From Candidatus Krumholzibacteriia bacterium (GTDB lineage Bacteria; Krumholzibacteriota; Krumholzibacteriia; WVZY01), in assembly GCA_046754105.1 (NCBI GenBank), contig JBHHVD010000063.1, positions 1-20,077 of the forward strand: a DNA stretch of 20,077 bases. Direction: 5' to 3'. The position numbers and the translations under genes are program-made. The stretch's first letter is position 1, and the number at the start of each line of letters is the position of its first letter. Shown here piece by piece: positions 1 to 9,164 of the stretch. The notes under the pieces were generated by a model. That model saw only the letters and a list, made by a program, of their open reading frames with translations. It was not told the DNA's origin and searched no databases.

Positions 1-2853
1 CTCGAATCCCGTCGGTGTCGGAACGATGTTCTGCAGGAATTCGAGAATGTGCTGCAGGTGCGTCACACGCGCCGGAATCGCTCCCGGGGCGCCGACGTCA
101 CGGACATAGTGATAACTATATCCGGACAGCACGAACCGCGCGGTACTGCCTGCCGAGTTCGGCGTCGTCTGGCTGAGCACGTAGGTCTTGCCGGTTGCCA
201 GGTTGTTGAACTCGGCAACGGAAAGACCGGTCGCGGTGAGGAGATCGAAGTCGTTGATCAACGCACAGCCACCGTACGCCACCAGCTGATCCGAGGTCGC
301 GCTGCCAATCAGTCCAACCGCGTCGAGGATCGGGGAGATCGGCTCGCCGGCGTTCTTGTGATCGCCGTTCGGAGCCGCAGGATCCAGGTTGAAGTTCATG
401 TAGATCGACCGCGTGTTGACAGCCGCCGCACCGATGAGAACAGTCGCCCAGTCGAAGGCACCGTCATCGGCACTGTAGTAGAAACTCGGGTTGTTCGTGT
501 GTGAATCCAGGAACTGGAAGATCAGGGAGAAGTCCGGAGACTTATCCGCACTGCCACCTCCGGCAACCGTGCCACCGTCGTTGATGAGGGTGGACGAGAG
601 GTTACCCGAGTTCCATAGAATCTTCCGGTAAGGACCCATGATCTGGGTGGCCACGTTCTTAACACGGGCACCGAGACTGTTCGAGACACCCGAAGAGGGC
701 CCCAGAACGTCGTAGCGATCGATCTGGTCACGCAGCTGCAGGTAGTCGAACGCCGTATCGAAGAACAACTCAGCGGGACCACCGCGGTCGTCCGTGTCAT
801 CCACGTAGAGGATATCTCCGCCGCGGGTGTTGCCACCGGCGGGGAGGATCGTGAATTCCATGGGCGATCCCGCAGCTTCGTTGATGTCCTGCGTGATGTT
901 GTTTCCACCCTGGCCGTTCAAGGTCCGGTGGAAGTACGTCGCGTTGCCGAGACCGTCATCCGCTCCAAAGAAGTAGCAGATGGTATCCCCCGGCGTGAAC
1001 AGGTTGTCGTTCAGGTCGATCGCCCAGCGGTCGGCCAGAGGCGCGCCGGCCGAAGTGAACGCCGTGTCCATGCGGAACCGGTACCACTGTGCACCAACGA
1101 GCACCGGGCTGGCGACGAGCGGATAACGCTTGCCACCCGCGGCGGTAATGTCGGCCCGGGTCTCCGGCGCCTCGATATTGACGCCCGCCTTGCCGGTCTG
1201 GCCCTGCGGCCAAACGGCGACATAGGCGTAGCCCGCCGGACCCTCACCGGTGAAAGCGTCGGTCCCGATGTTCGTGATATCCATCGTTACCGAGTCACCC
1301 GGAAGGATGGTCGGGCTCGACGTCGGGGCGACGTCGTTCGCGGAGTTCGCGACCGCCGTGCCGCTCAGGGTGCCGTCCGATGCAAAGTTGTCCTGGAAGA
1401 GATCCAGGTGGCGAATGACGAACTGCGGGCCGAGCACGTTGATGCGCTTGATGTGGCATTCGTCCATCAGCGGTGCGTGACTGTGGCATGCGCCACTGCC
1501 AAATATGTTACACCACACGCCGCACATATCGCGCACGCCGATCGAGAGCTGAATACTCGGCGACGTGGGCGAGAGGTGCACACCAACCTGGAAGGAGGTC
1601 CGGATCCAGTCTTTCTGGCCGCCGAAGAACACGAAGTTATCGTTGTTCCAGGTGCCGGGGCAACCGGTCGCGTCGACGTCACGCACGCTCCAGATGTAGA
1701 ACTGGAGGTTGTCGAGCGGAAGGTCACGATAGGTCAGGAACTCAAACCTGTACTCGTTACCCGCTCCGGTGTTTGCGATCACCGGGGACCAGATCTCGTT
1801 GCTCAAATAGACACCCTCGGGGGTGCCGAACGGCATGGCAGACACGTCCGGGCGCGGATCCGGTACGTGACAGTTGTAGTTCGTGCTCGTCGGGACGTCG
1901 AACCACGCATGGAAGAACGTAAAGTCCGTAAAACACGGATCTTCCTGCAGGATCGTAACGCCCGGGTAGAGCGCGTTGAAGTCACCGAAAGGTGCCGGGA
2001 TGGTGGCGGTCCACATGCCGGCCGTGGTCGATCCATCGGCCGTGCTCTCGAAGTCCTCGAAGTCGGTGGAGGCCGAAACGCCGGACGCCCACGTGTCCAC
2101 CGAAAGACTGTCGATCAGGATACCACCGTCGGTCGGCCACAGGCCGTCCTCATCCGACCACGCGCCGTCCGCCGCGAAGCGGAAGCGCAGGGTCACCGTG
2201 GTCATGCCGCCCTGCGTGAACGTCTCGACCAGGGTCGTCGGACCGAGGTCGTAGAAGTTCGGACGCGCGGTGAGACCCACGGCTACCGGAAACGGTGTCC
2301 AGGTCGCGCCGCCGTCGCCCGACCACTCGAACTGGGTGCCGTCGTATCCCGGCTCCGAATCCCAGAAGACCTTGTAGCTGGCGCGAACGCTATCGCCGGG
2401 CAGGGCGTTCGAGATCAGGATCTGATCCCAGCCGTTGCCGTACCCCGGAAGAGCGGCCCAGCCGCAAAACGGAGAGGCGGTCGTCGGAGCAACCCCGCAC
2501 CACATCGACTTATTGCCGTCGAGCGGAAGCAGGTTGCCGAACGTACCGCCGGTCAGCTCGCCTGTGCCGGAGGCCACGTGCCAGTACAGAAGCTGATTGC
2601 TCAAGTCGACCGAGGTCCAGCCCTGCGGGTTGCCCGTGCCGAGCACGTCAAAACTGAACCAGCCGAGGTTGAACGTGTCGGCCGCTGCGGAGGACAGTGT
2701 CGGCTCGCCGACAAAATCGGCGGGCGGCGGCGTCACCTGCGGCAGCTCGCTGAAATAATATCTTTTCCCCGGTACATTCTTGGCGAACGCCATTGCGCTA
2801 AACAATGTCATCGCAAAAAGGACACAAAGGGAAATTACTAACGTTTTCTTCAT
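1..2853 (-). CDS. Large secreted/surface protein (>951 aa, 3' end beyond window), probably with a C-terminal FlgD-Ig/T9SS-type sorting domain
   Basis: Hand translation from ATG 2853 (GGGGGA SD-like element upstream) is open to base 1. Sec signal peptide MKKTLVISLCVLFAMTLFSAMAFA|KNVP. Asp-box SGDGGATW (2299-2322), beta-sandwich-like motifs DSEPGYDG and LRFRFAADGAWSDEDG, 11 Cys in the mature part, C-terminal block ILYVDD...DRYDVLGPSS...YGGCALINDFD, ending HILEFLQNIVPTPTGFE (a linker of the type that precedes such sorting domains). The sorting domain itself is outside the window and is inferred. Confidence 0.9.
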   Translation of the reverse strand, partial: MKKTLVISLCVLFAMTLFSAMAFAKNVPGKRYYFSELPQVTPPPADFVGEPTLSSAAADTFNLGWFSFDVLGTGNPQGWTSVDLSNQLLYWHVASGTGELTGGTFGNLLPLDGNKSMWCGVAPTTASPFCGWAALPGYGNGWDQILISNALPGDSVRASYKVFWDSEPGYDGTQFEWSGDGGATWTPFPVAVGLTARPNFYDLGPTTLVETFTQGGMTTVTLRFRFAADGAWSDEDGLWPTDGGILIDSLSVDTWASGVSASTDFEDFESTADGSTTAGMWTATIPAPFGDFNALYPGVTILQEDPCFTDFTFFHAWFDVPTSTNYNCHVPDPRPDVSAMPFGTPEGVYLSNEIWSPVIANTGAGNEYRFEFLTYRDLPLDNLQFYIWSVRDVDATGCPGTWNNDNFVFFGGQKDWIRTSFQVGVHLSPTSPSIQLSIGVRDMCGVWCNIFGSGACHSHAPLMDECHIKRINVLGPQFVIRHLDLFQDNFASDGTLSGTAVANSANDVAPTSSPTILPGDSVTMDITNIGTDAFTGEGPAGYAYVAVWPQGQTGKAGVNIEAPETRADITAAGGKRYPLVASPVLVGAQWYRFRMDTAFTSAGAPLADRWAIDLNDNLFTPGDTICYFFGADDGLGNATYFHRTLNGQGGNNITQDINEAAGSPMEFTILPAGGNTRGGDILYVDDTDDRGGPAELFFDTAFDYLQLRDQIDRYDVLGPSSGVSNSLGARVKNVATQIMGPYRKILWNSGNLSSTLINDGGTVAGGGSADKSPDFSLIFQFLDSHTNNPSFYYSADDGAFDWATVLIGAAAVNTRSIYMNFNLDPAAPNGDHKNAGEPISPILDAVGLIGSATSDQLVAYGGCALINDFDLLTATGLSVAEFNNLATGKTYVLSQTTPNSAGSTARFVLSGYSYHYVRDVGAPGAIPARVTHLQHILEFLQNIVPTPTGFE

Positions 2854-3185
2854 AACGTATTCCCCCATCGTTGCTGAGAAGGAAAGTGAATACGCGAAAA
2901 CCTGAAACAATTTAAGCGCCCCCCATCAAGTCATGGAAGACGTGCAATCAGAGGCAAAGTGACCCCTCACGGTGCCCGATAGCGACGACGCCTCACCTCC
3001 TTCAACATCTACGCCTCGGGGCTGAAGCCAATGCAAGACCGTCGGGTACAGTACTTGTCGAGTAAGAGGTCCAACACCAACGGTGGTCGGCTCTTAAAAC
3101 GCATCTCTACGTTTTGGACTAAACTGTCGAGAGGATCTGCGGCGCAAGTGCGCCGCAAACGATAACCCTTTGCCCCTAGTCCAGC
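2854..3185 (-). ncRNA. Candidate structured 5' leader RNA (~330 nt), family not recognised
   Basis: Abutting helices on the minus strand: 3183-3176/3122-3115 enclosing hairpin 3159-3136; AAAACGUA-GAGA-UGCGUUUU (3115-3096); 3096-3063; branched domain 3062-3015; hairpin 2980-2947. Several G-U pairs work only in the minus sense. Confidence 0.5.
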
Positions 3186-3189
3186 GGAG

Positions 3190-3219
3190 ATTCTACCACA
3201 GAAAAGACCCCGGTGTCAA
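3190..3219 (-). promoter_or_regulatory. Sigma70-type promoter for the large secreted protein gene
   Basis: Minus strand TTGACA (3219-3214), 18-nt spacer, TAGAAT (3195-3190), preceded by extended -10 TGn. Predicted TSS about 3182-3185. Confidence 0.75.
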
Positions 3220-3247
3220 CCCCGGAAGTGGCGGTGCGAAAGGGCCG

Positions 3248-5413
3248 CTAGACCATCGGCGCCGCGCCTTCTTCAACTATGTAAGAAAAATCTGCGTATT
3301 TGGAAAAGAGCGCGAACACGTTGGCCAGGAAGTGATGCCGGTTTGTCCGGACGCCGGGATCCGGGCAGTTGACGAGGACGCGGTCGAAATAGCGGTCGAT
3401 CGCCGGCCCCAGACCGGCCAGGGCCTCGAACACCGACGCCGCGTCCTCGCGGGCGTCGGACTCAATCATGCGGGGTATGGCCTTCTTTATCTCGTCATAG
3501 AGTTTCCGCTCCGCATCCTCCTCGAATCGATCCGGGTCGAATCGCAGCTCCCCGGTCAGCGCCGCCGTCTCGAGGAAGGCCGCTTCGAGGCGCCGCCAGT
3601 CCACACCCGTGATCTTGTGCGCGGGCTCGAGGATGTTGCCCACGCGCCTGGCGCCGGTGATGAGCAGCTCGAAGGCCTCGTTGCCGCGCGCGGTCTCCAT
3701 GGCCAGCGCCCGCTGCAGGGCCAGGGCGGGCCGCGACCACGCAACCGCGCTCACCGCGGCCACGACGTCGTAGGCGATGCCCTTTTCCCGGAGGAATGTC
3801 TCCGTCCGGCGTTGGAAGAACCCCGCCAGCCGGTCTTGGACGCCGTCCTCGGTCCTTACCTTCTGTGCCTCGAAGCACCCGATCGACACGGCGAGCAACG
3901 GCTGGATGGAGATGTCCGGTTTGTCTTTCAGAATGCGGATCAATCCGTTCGCCAGACGCCGCAGCGCGTAGGGGTCCTGCGAACCGCTGGGCGTCAAACC
4001 GGCCAGGAAACACCCCGTGATGGTGTCGACGCGATCGGCGATTCCGAGAATCGCACCGAGGGCGGTCTTCGGCACCGGGTCGGAAGGGCCGCGCGGCGCG
4101 TACTGCTCGCGGAGCGCCGCCACGATGTCCGGGCCCTCTCCCGCCTGGTGCGCGTAACGGCTCCCGATCATCCCCTGCAGGAGCGTGAACTCCTTGCCGT
4201 CCTTGATCATCTCACTCGCCAGGTCCGCCTTGGCCAGACGCGCCGCCCGCACCATCGTCTCCACCACCAGCCCGCGCCCCAACGTGACGGTTTCCCTGAG
4301 GTGTCGGGCGAGCGATTCGATACGCGCGGACTTGTCCGCCAGCGTGCCCAGTCCCTCGATAAACACGATCGAGCCCAGCTTGTCCGCCAGCCGCTCGATC
4401 CCCGTCGTTACATCTTCCCGCCAGTAGAAGTGGGCGTCCTCCAGGCGTGCGCGCAGCACCTTCTCGTTTCCACGCCGCACCGCTGCCGGCGACCCGACCC
4501 GGCCTTCGGTGAAAGTAACGAACCTGGCCACCAGCCGTTTGCGTTTGCCGCGCAGGGCCAGGTAGCGCTGGTGGGCTTTCATCGCCGTCACGACGACTTC
4601 GGACGGCAGTTTCAGATATTTCTCGTCGAACGTGCCCACGAGGTCCCTGGGGTCTTCGAGCATGAACGTCAGCTCGGCAAAAAGGGATGGGTCTTCGACG
4701 AGCTCCAGACCCGCGCCTGCGGCCGCGCGGCGGGCGAGCCTCCGGATTTTTTCGTACCGCTCTTCGTGGTCCACTACGACTCCGGCTTTTCTTAGCTGTG
4801 CCAGATAGTGGTTCGCCCCCCGGACGCGGATGCGGTCTCGTCGAATCCAGGGCACGGTGTGGGTACTGTCTGCGCTCGACACACCGGCGACGGTGAAGCG
4901 GATGACCCGGTCTCCCAATATGGCGACCAGCCAGCGGATCGGGCGGGCGAAGCGCGTGCCGGTCTTTTCCCAGTGCATGACCTTGGGAAACTTGAGTTCG
5001 GAGATGATCCCGGGCAGGATCTCTTTGAGGAGCGCGGAGGCCCGCCGGGCCTTTAGCCGCCGGGTCACACCGACGTACTCGCCTCGTTCGGTGGGGATAC
5101 GCCGCAGGTCGCCTACCGCCACGCCTTGCGAACGGGCGAAGCCGAGCGCCGCCTTCGTGGGCTTGCCGTCCTCTGCGAAGGCCTTGGACACCGGCGGCCC
5201 GGTGACGGTCTCGGTCTGGCTCCTCTGGCCGGGCGCAAGGCCGCGGACGATGAGTACCAGCCGCCGTGGGGTTCCGGTCGTATAGACCTCTTCCGAGGGG
5301 AGGCGGTTCTCCTCCAGGCGCTGCGCCGCGATCCTCCCCAGTTGTTCGAAGGCCGGCCGAATGGAAGCGGGCGGCAGATTCTCGCAGCCGATTTCGAGCA
5401 GGAGGTCGCTCAT
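3248..5413 (-). CDS. glyS: Glycine--tRNA ligase beta subunit
   Basis: N-terminal [48 protein letters not shown] and C-terminal DALR-type anticodon-binding region. Overlaps the glyQ stop (ATGA). Confidence 0.97.
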   Translation of the reverse strand: MSDLLLEIGCENLPPASIRPAFEQLGRIAAQRLEENRLPSEEVYTTGTPRRLVLIVRGLAPGQRSQTETVTGPPVSKAFAEDGKPTKAALGFARSQGVAVGDLRRIPTERGEYVGVTRRLKARRASALLKEILPGIISELKFPKVMHWEKTGTRFARPIRWLVAILGDRVIRFTVAGVSSADSTHTVPWIRRDRIRVRGANHYLAQLRKAGVVVDHEERYEKIRRLARRAAAGAGLELVEDPSLFAELTFMLEDPRDLVGTFDEKYLKLPSEVVVTAMKAHQRYLALRGKRKRLVARFVTFTEGRVGSPAAVRRGNEKVLRARLEDAHFYWREDVTTGIERLADKLGSIVFIEGLGTLADKSARIESLARHLRETVTLGRGLVVETMVRAARLAKADLASEMIKDGKEFTLLQGMIGSRYAHQAGEGPDIVAALREQYAPRGPSDPVPKTALGAILGIADRVDTITGCFLAGLTPSGSQDPYALRRLANGLIRILKDKPDISIQPLLAVSIGCFEAQKVRTEDGVQDRLAGFFQRRTETFLREKGIAYDVVAAVSAVAWSRPALALQRALAMETARGNEAFELLITGARRVGNILEPAHKITGVDWRRLEAAFLETAALTGELRFDPDRFEEDAERKLYDEIKKAIPRMIESDAREDAASVFEALAGLGPAIDRYFDRVLVNCPDPGVRTNRHHFLANVFALFSKYADFSYIVEEGAAPMV

Positions 5414-6309
5414 GCCGCCCCCGTGCGCAGCGGGAACCCGAGGGCTTCTCGCGACTCGATCTGCGCGAGCGCGACCTTCCTCGCCAGGCCCCGGATCCTT
5501 CCGATGTAGCCGGTGCGTTCCGTGACGCTGATCGCGCCGCGCGCGTCCAGCAGGTTGAAGACGTGGGAGAGCTTGACGACGTAGTCATACGCCGGCAGGA
5601 TGAGGCCCCGTTCGAGCGTCGCGGCCGCTTCACGCTCGTAATCCTGGAAGAGCCTGAAATAAAGCCCGGTGTTCGCGCTCTCGAAGTGAAACGCCGAAAA
5701 CTCCTTCTCCGCCTGCCGGTTGATCTCGCCCCACGTCACGCCGTCTCCCCAGTGAATCTCCATCACGGAATCGACGTTCTGCAGGTAGAGGCAGAGCCGC
5801 AAGAGGCCGTAGGTCAGTTCGGCCGAGATCGGGTCCAGCTCCAGCGAGCCCGCCTGCTGGAAATAGGTGAACTGTGTAATCTCCATCCCGTCGAGCCATA
5901 CCTCCCAACCCAACCCGGAGGCGCCGAGCGTCGGCGCCTCCCAGTCGTCTTCTACCAGCCGGACGTCGTGCTTGTCGGGATCGATACCGATGGCGCGCAG
6001 GCTGTCGATGTAGATCCCCAGGACGTCGTTCGGGGGCGGCTTCAGGATGACCTGGTATTGGAGGAACTGCTGGACGCGGTTCGGATTGTCTCCATAGCGA
6101 CCGTCCTTGGGTCTCTTCGACGGTTCCACGTACGCGGCGCGCCACGGCTCCGGACCGAGCACGCGCAAAAACGTCGCAGGGTTGAGCGTTCCCGCCCCCA
6201 CCTCCGAGTTGTACGGTTGCAGAATCACGCACCCGTGCCGCATCCAGAAGGTCTGGAGCTTCATGATGATTTCCTGGTAGCTCGGTTTCTTCCCCGTTTT
6301 TCTTGACAA
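5410..6309 (-). CDS. glyQ: Glycine--tRNA ligase alpha subunit
   Basis: [53 protein letters not shown]. The TTG start at 6309 is needed to include the conserved YQEII N-terminus. Confidence 0.97.
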   Translation of the reverse strand: MSRKTGKKPSYQEIIMKLQTFWMRHGCVILQPYNSEVGAGTLNPATFLRVLGPEPWRAAYVEPSKRPKDGRYGDNPNRVQQFLQYQVILKPPPNDVLGIYIDSLRAIGIDPDKHDVRLVEDDWEAPTLGASGLGWEVWLDGMEITQFTYFQQAGSLELDPISAELTYGLLRLCLYLQNVDSVMEIHWGDGVTWGEINRQAEKEFSAFHFESANTGLYFRLFQDYEREAAATLERGLILPAYDYVVKLSHVFNLLDARGAISVTERTGYIGRIRGLARKVALAQIESREALGFPLRTGAA

Positions 6310-6372
6310 TGGATTTCGCCCCTGCAGTTACGAGCGCGCCATTCGCGCCGTCACCGCCTCGTGATCGCAGCG

Positions 6373-7107
6373 CTAACCTTTCGGAATCAGCTTGAGTGCT
6401 TCGGGCAGGCTGTAACCCTGAATGTGAAAAGTATACGTCCAGTGCAGTATCCTGCCCAGGTTTTTCCTCGCCGCAGCGTCGACTGCCAGCTCGGCCAACG
6501 CCCCGAGCGGGCGCTTCGCCAGCGCTCGGAGTAGCGGCGGCAGTTGCCCACCGACGGTCACGCGGTGCGACTCCGGTTGCGTGTGCTCTTTGCACGCGCC
6601 GACCCCCTCCGCGGGGTGGTAGAAACCGTCATCGAGCACCGCGCCACACGACGCGCAAAGCAGGAATTCCGGCATCGCGCCGAGTATCTCGAGCAGCTTG
6701 AACTCGAAACCGATAAACAGCAGCACCGGGTCGCACGCGGCGCAGTCCCGGTACTCGGCGAAGAGATCGACCACGCGCGGCTCGGGGCTCGCCCAGTAGC
6801 ACACGCCGTCGAGCAATTCGAGGACGGCTAGCGACGAGGCGGCATGGGCGAGGTCCCGCTCGGAACCGGCGGCCCGGACGACGTGGGCCTCCTTGAGAAA
6901 ATAGAGCGTCCGCCCTTCCTTGTGATAGAACACGGCCTCGATAAGGTTTCCCGGCGACAGTGCGGCCCGCAGGGGACTGCGTTGGCGCAACGCCCCCTTG
7001 CACTGCAACCGGACCTTGCCCGATTCGCGGCCGAAGAAAGTAATCACCTTGCTCGTCTCGCCGCTACGGGTGCTCCCCAGTACGACCCCTTCGTCTTTTT
7101 TCAACAT
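6373..7107 (-). CDS. recO: DNA repair protein RecO
   Basis: N-terminal EGVVL...GETSKVITFFGRESGKV OB-fold pattern; CASC...CKEH zinc-finger-like region; position directly upstream of glyQ. Confidence 0.9.
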   Translation of the reverse strand: MLKKDEGVVLGSTRSGETSKVITFFGRESGKVRLQCKGALRQRSPLRAALSPGNLIEAVFYHKEGRTLYFLKEAHVVRAAGSERDLAHAASSLAVLELLDGVCYWASPEPRVVDLFAEYRDCAACDPVLLFIGFEFKLLEILGAMPEFLLCASCGAVLDDGFYHPAEGVGACKEHTQPESHRVTVGGQLPPLLRALAKRPLGALAELAVDAAARKNLGRILHWTYTFHIQGYSLPEALKLIPKG

Positions 7108-7116
7108 GGGTCGGAG

Positions 7117-8472
7117 TCACGGTCCCAGGTGCGACAGGTAATAGGTGGCGAACGTCATGTAAATGAGTAGCCCCAGGATGTCACTCAGCACGGTGATGAA
7201 CGGGCCGGTGGCAATGGCGGGATCCACCCTCAGGCGGTTGAGCACGAGCGGGATGGATGCGCCCATGAAGGCACCGACCAGGGTAACGCCCATCAGCGTG
7301 ATCCACAGGAGTAGACCGAGCCCTGTCTCGTGCCGCCACAGCGTCACGACGCTGAAGAGAATCGCGCCCAGCACGACGCTGTTCATTACGGTCACCATCA
7401 TTTCCCGCAGGACGCGGCGGCCCATGTGGGTCGTAGAGATTTGCCCCACAGCGATCTGACGCACGACCACAACGGCGGCTTGCATTCCCATATTGCCCGC
7501 GGTGCCGATGACCAGAGGAATGAAGAAAGCCAGGGTAACCATGGTTTCGAGTGACGCCGAGTACCGGCTCATGTTCATCGCGTTGATGATCTGGCCGAGC
7601 ATGCCTATGACGAGCCACGGCAACCTCGCGCGGGATATCCTCACCGGCGATTTCTCGCTGATCTCGTCTTCGACGGTGCCGGCGATACGGGCGATGTCCT
7701 CCGAGGCTTCCTCCTCGAGGACGTCGATGATATCGTCCACGGTGATCCGGCCCACGAGCCGCCCGCCGGAGTCCACCACCGGCAACGTAAACTCGTCGTA
7801 TTTCCCGAACATCGCCGCCACTTCTTCCTGGTCCATATCGACCGGCACGCCGATCACGTTCCTGTCCATCAGGTCGCTGACCCGCTCCCCCTGCTCGTGA
7901 AGCAGCAGGCCCAGAACGGGAATGCTCCCGACCAGCACGCCGTCGCGGTCGACGGCGTAGACGTTTTGCAGGTTCTCGATCTGGTCGGCCAGGCGCCGGA
8001 CGAGCTCTATGGCGTCGCGTATGCTGGCCGATTCGCGCACGGCCACCTTCTCGACCTCCATGATGCCGCCGGCCGTGTCCTCGTCGAACTCGAGCAGCTC
8101 GTGGAGTTTCTCGCGCTCGCCGCTGGGCAACAGCGCGTCGATCTGCCTTGATTTCTCGGGAGGCAGGCCCGATATGATGTCGGCGACATCGTCGGACGGC
8201 ATCTCGCCGAGCAGTGACACCACCTCGGTATCGCTCAACAATTTGAGCAACTCCTGGCCGGAGCGTTCGTCGACCATCGCCAGCACCTCGGCCGCCGTCT
8301 CGTTGCCCAGATGCTTGAGCACACGGACGTTCTGCTCGTTCTCCATTTCGGCGAGAAGCTCGGCGATATCCGCCGGGTGCAGCCCTGCGAGGACGCCCCG
8401 CAACGCCTCGGGGTCGTCGCCCTCGAGCAGGTCTCGCACCCGGGCGAGGACTTCTGGGGTGGAATCGCTCAT
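7117..8472 (-). CDS. mgtE: Magnesium transporter MgtE
   Basis: HPADIAE N-domain, EDTAGGIM and CBS pair (GRITVDDIID), RLPWL, GNMGMQ, DPAIATGPFIT and the conserved TM5 Asp in LSDILG. Start moved from TTG 8508 to ATG 8472 because the upstream TTG is part of a -35 box. Confidence 0.95.
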   Translation of the reverse strand: MSDSTPEVLARVRDLLEGDDPEALRGVLAGLHPADIAELLAEMENEQNVRVLKHLGNETAAEVLAMVDERSGQELLKLLSDTEVVSLLGEMPSDDVADIISGLPPEKSRQIDALLPSGEREKLHELLEFDEDTAGGIMEVEKVAVRESASIRDAIELVRRLADQIENLQNVYAVDRDGVLVGSIPVLGLLLHEQGERVSDLMDRNVIGVPVDMDQEEVAAMFGKYDEFTLPVVDSGGRLVGRITVDDIIDVLEEEASEDIARIAGTVEDEISEKSPVRISRARLPWLVIGMLGQIINAMNMSRYSASLETMVTLAFFIPLVIGTAGNMGMQAAVVVVRQIAVGQISTTHMGRRVLREMMVTVMNSVVLGAILFSVVTLWRHETGLGLLLWITLMGVTLVGAFMGASIPLVLNRLRVDPAIATGPFITVLSDILGLLIYMTFATYYLSHLGP

Positions 8473-8479
8473 AGCAGGC

Positions 8480-8508
8480 ATCCTAGGAACCGCGGGAGAA
8501 TTTGACAA
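8480..8508 (-). promoter_or_regulatory. Internal sigma70-like promoter giving a probably leaderless mgtE mRNA
   Basis: TTGTCA (8508-8503), 17 nt, TAGGAT (8485-8480), 7 nt, then ATG 8472. Confidence 0.55.
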
Positions 8509-8526
8509 GGAGTTTTGAGTACGGCG

Positions 8527-9141
8527 TCACGTGGTCTTCTGCTGCGAGAGCTTCTCCAGCTCCGACGGCGAGAAGGCGCCCCCGGAAATCACGATCTTCA
8601 TCGCTTCCTCGACGGAGATTTCGACTGCGATGATATCGCGTTTGGGAATCATCAGCATGAAACCGGACGTCGGGTTCGGCGTCGTGGGAATGAAGACGTT
8701 CACCATTTCCTCGCCTACCAGGCTATCGAAATATGCCACCCCGGTCCGGGTCACGAAGGCCAGGGCGTAGGAGTTCTCGTGCGGGTAGCGGATCAACACC
8801 ACTCTCTGAAAACTCGTTTTCCGGTCCGCCAGCAGCGCCTGGCTGATTTCCTTGAGCGCGAAATAGATGCGGCGGATCAGCGGCAGCCCGTTGAGGAGTC
8901 GGTCGCCGAGCTCGAACAGGCGCCGGCCGATGAGATTGCTGGCGAGAATCCCCGTGAAGAAGATGAATAAGAGGACGATGACAAACCCGATGCCGGGTAT
9001 GTCGATCAGCGGAAACCGTTTCTGAAACGGCTCGATCAGGCTGTCGATACTGACGAAGATCTTCCAGACGATGTACGCCGTAATCGCGGTCGGGGCCAGA
9101 ACCAACAGGCCCGTCAGAAACTGGCGTCTCAGGTAACGCAC
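8527..9141 (-). CDS. DUF502 (COV1-like) membrane protein
   Basis: FLTGLLVLAP..IT N-terminal TM, IPGIG, PLIRRIY, VFIPTTPNPTSGF and ISGG motifs typical of DUF502. Confidence 0.9.
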   Translation of the reverse strand: MRYLRRQFLTGLLVLAPTAITAYIVWKIFVSIDSLIEPFQKRFPLIDIPGIGFVIVLLFIFFTGILASNLIGRRLFELGDRLLNGLPLIRRIYFALKEISQALLADRKTSFQRVVLIRYPHENSYALAFVTRTGVAYFDSLVGEEMVNVFIPTTPNPTSGFMLMIPKRDIIAVEISVEEAMKIVISGGAFSPSELEKLSQQKTT

Positions 9142-9164
9142 GCTCGTCCCTCCACGGCTCGTGT

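Noticed and set aside
49..2841. Long plus-strand ORFs 49..504 and 928..2841
   Set aside because: Antisense shadows of the real minus-strand gene. The translations are Arg/Val-rich with no motifs, as expected from GC-biased codon usage.
1..2853. Several D-(S/T)-hydrophobic motifs resembling the Bacteroidota O-glycosylation sequon
   Set aside because: About six matches in 951 aa of a D/S/T-rich protein is close to rough chance expectation.
3155..3178. GGCAAA at the start of the leader, suggesting a c-di-GMP-I (GEMM) riboswitch
   Set aside because: The following GAAA-capped stem and GACGCAAA element of that class are absent.
3200..3227. Weak hairpin UUCCGG-8nt-CCGGGG plus UCUUUUCU after glyS as a terminator overlapping the -35 box
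   Set aside because: Only 6 bp with two G-U pairs and an interrupted U tract. Possible but too weak to call.
6310..6372. T-box leader before glyQ as in Firmicutes
   Set aside because: The spacer is only 63 nt and lacks the T-box consensus.
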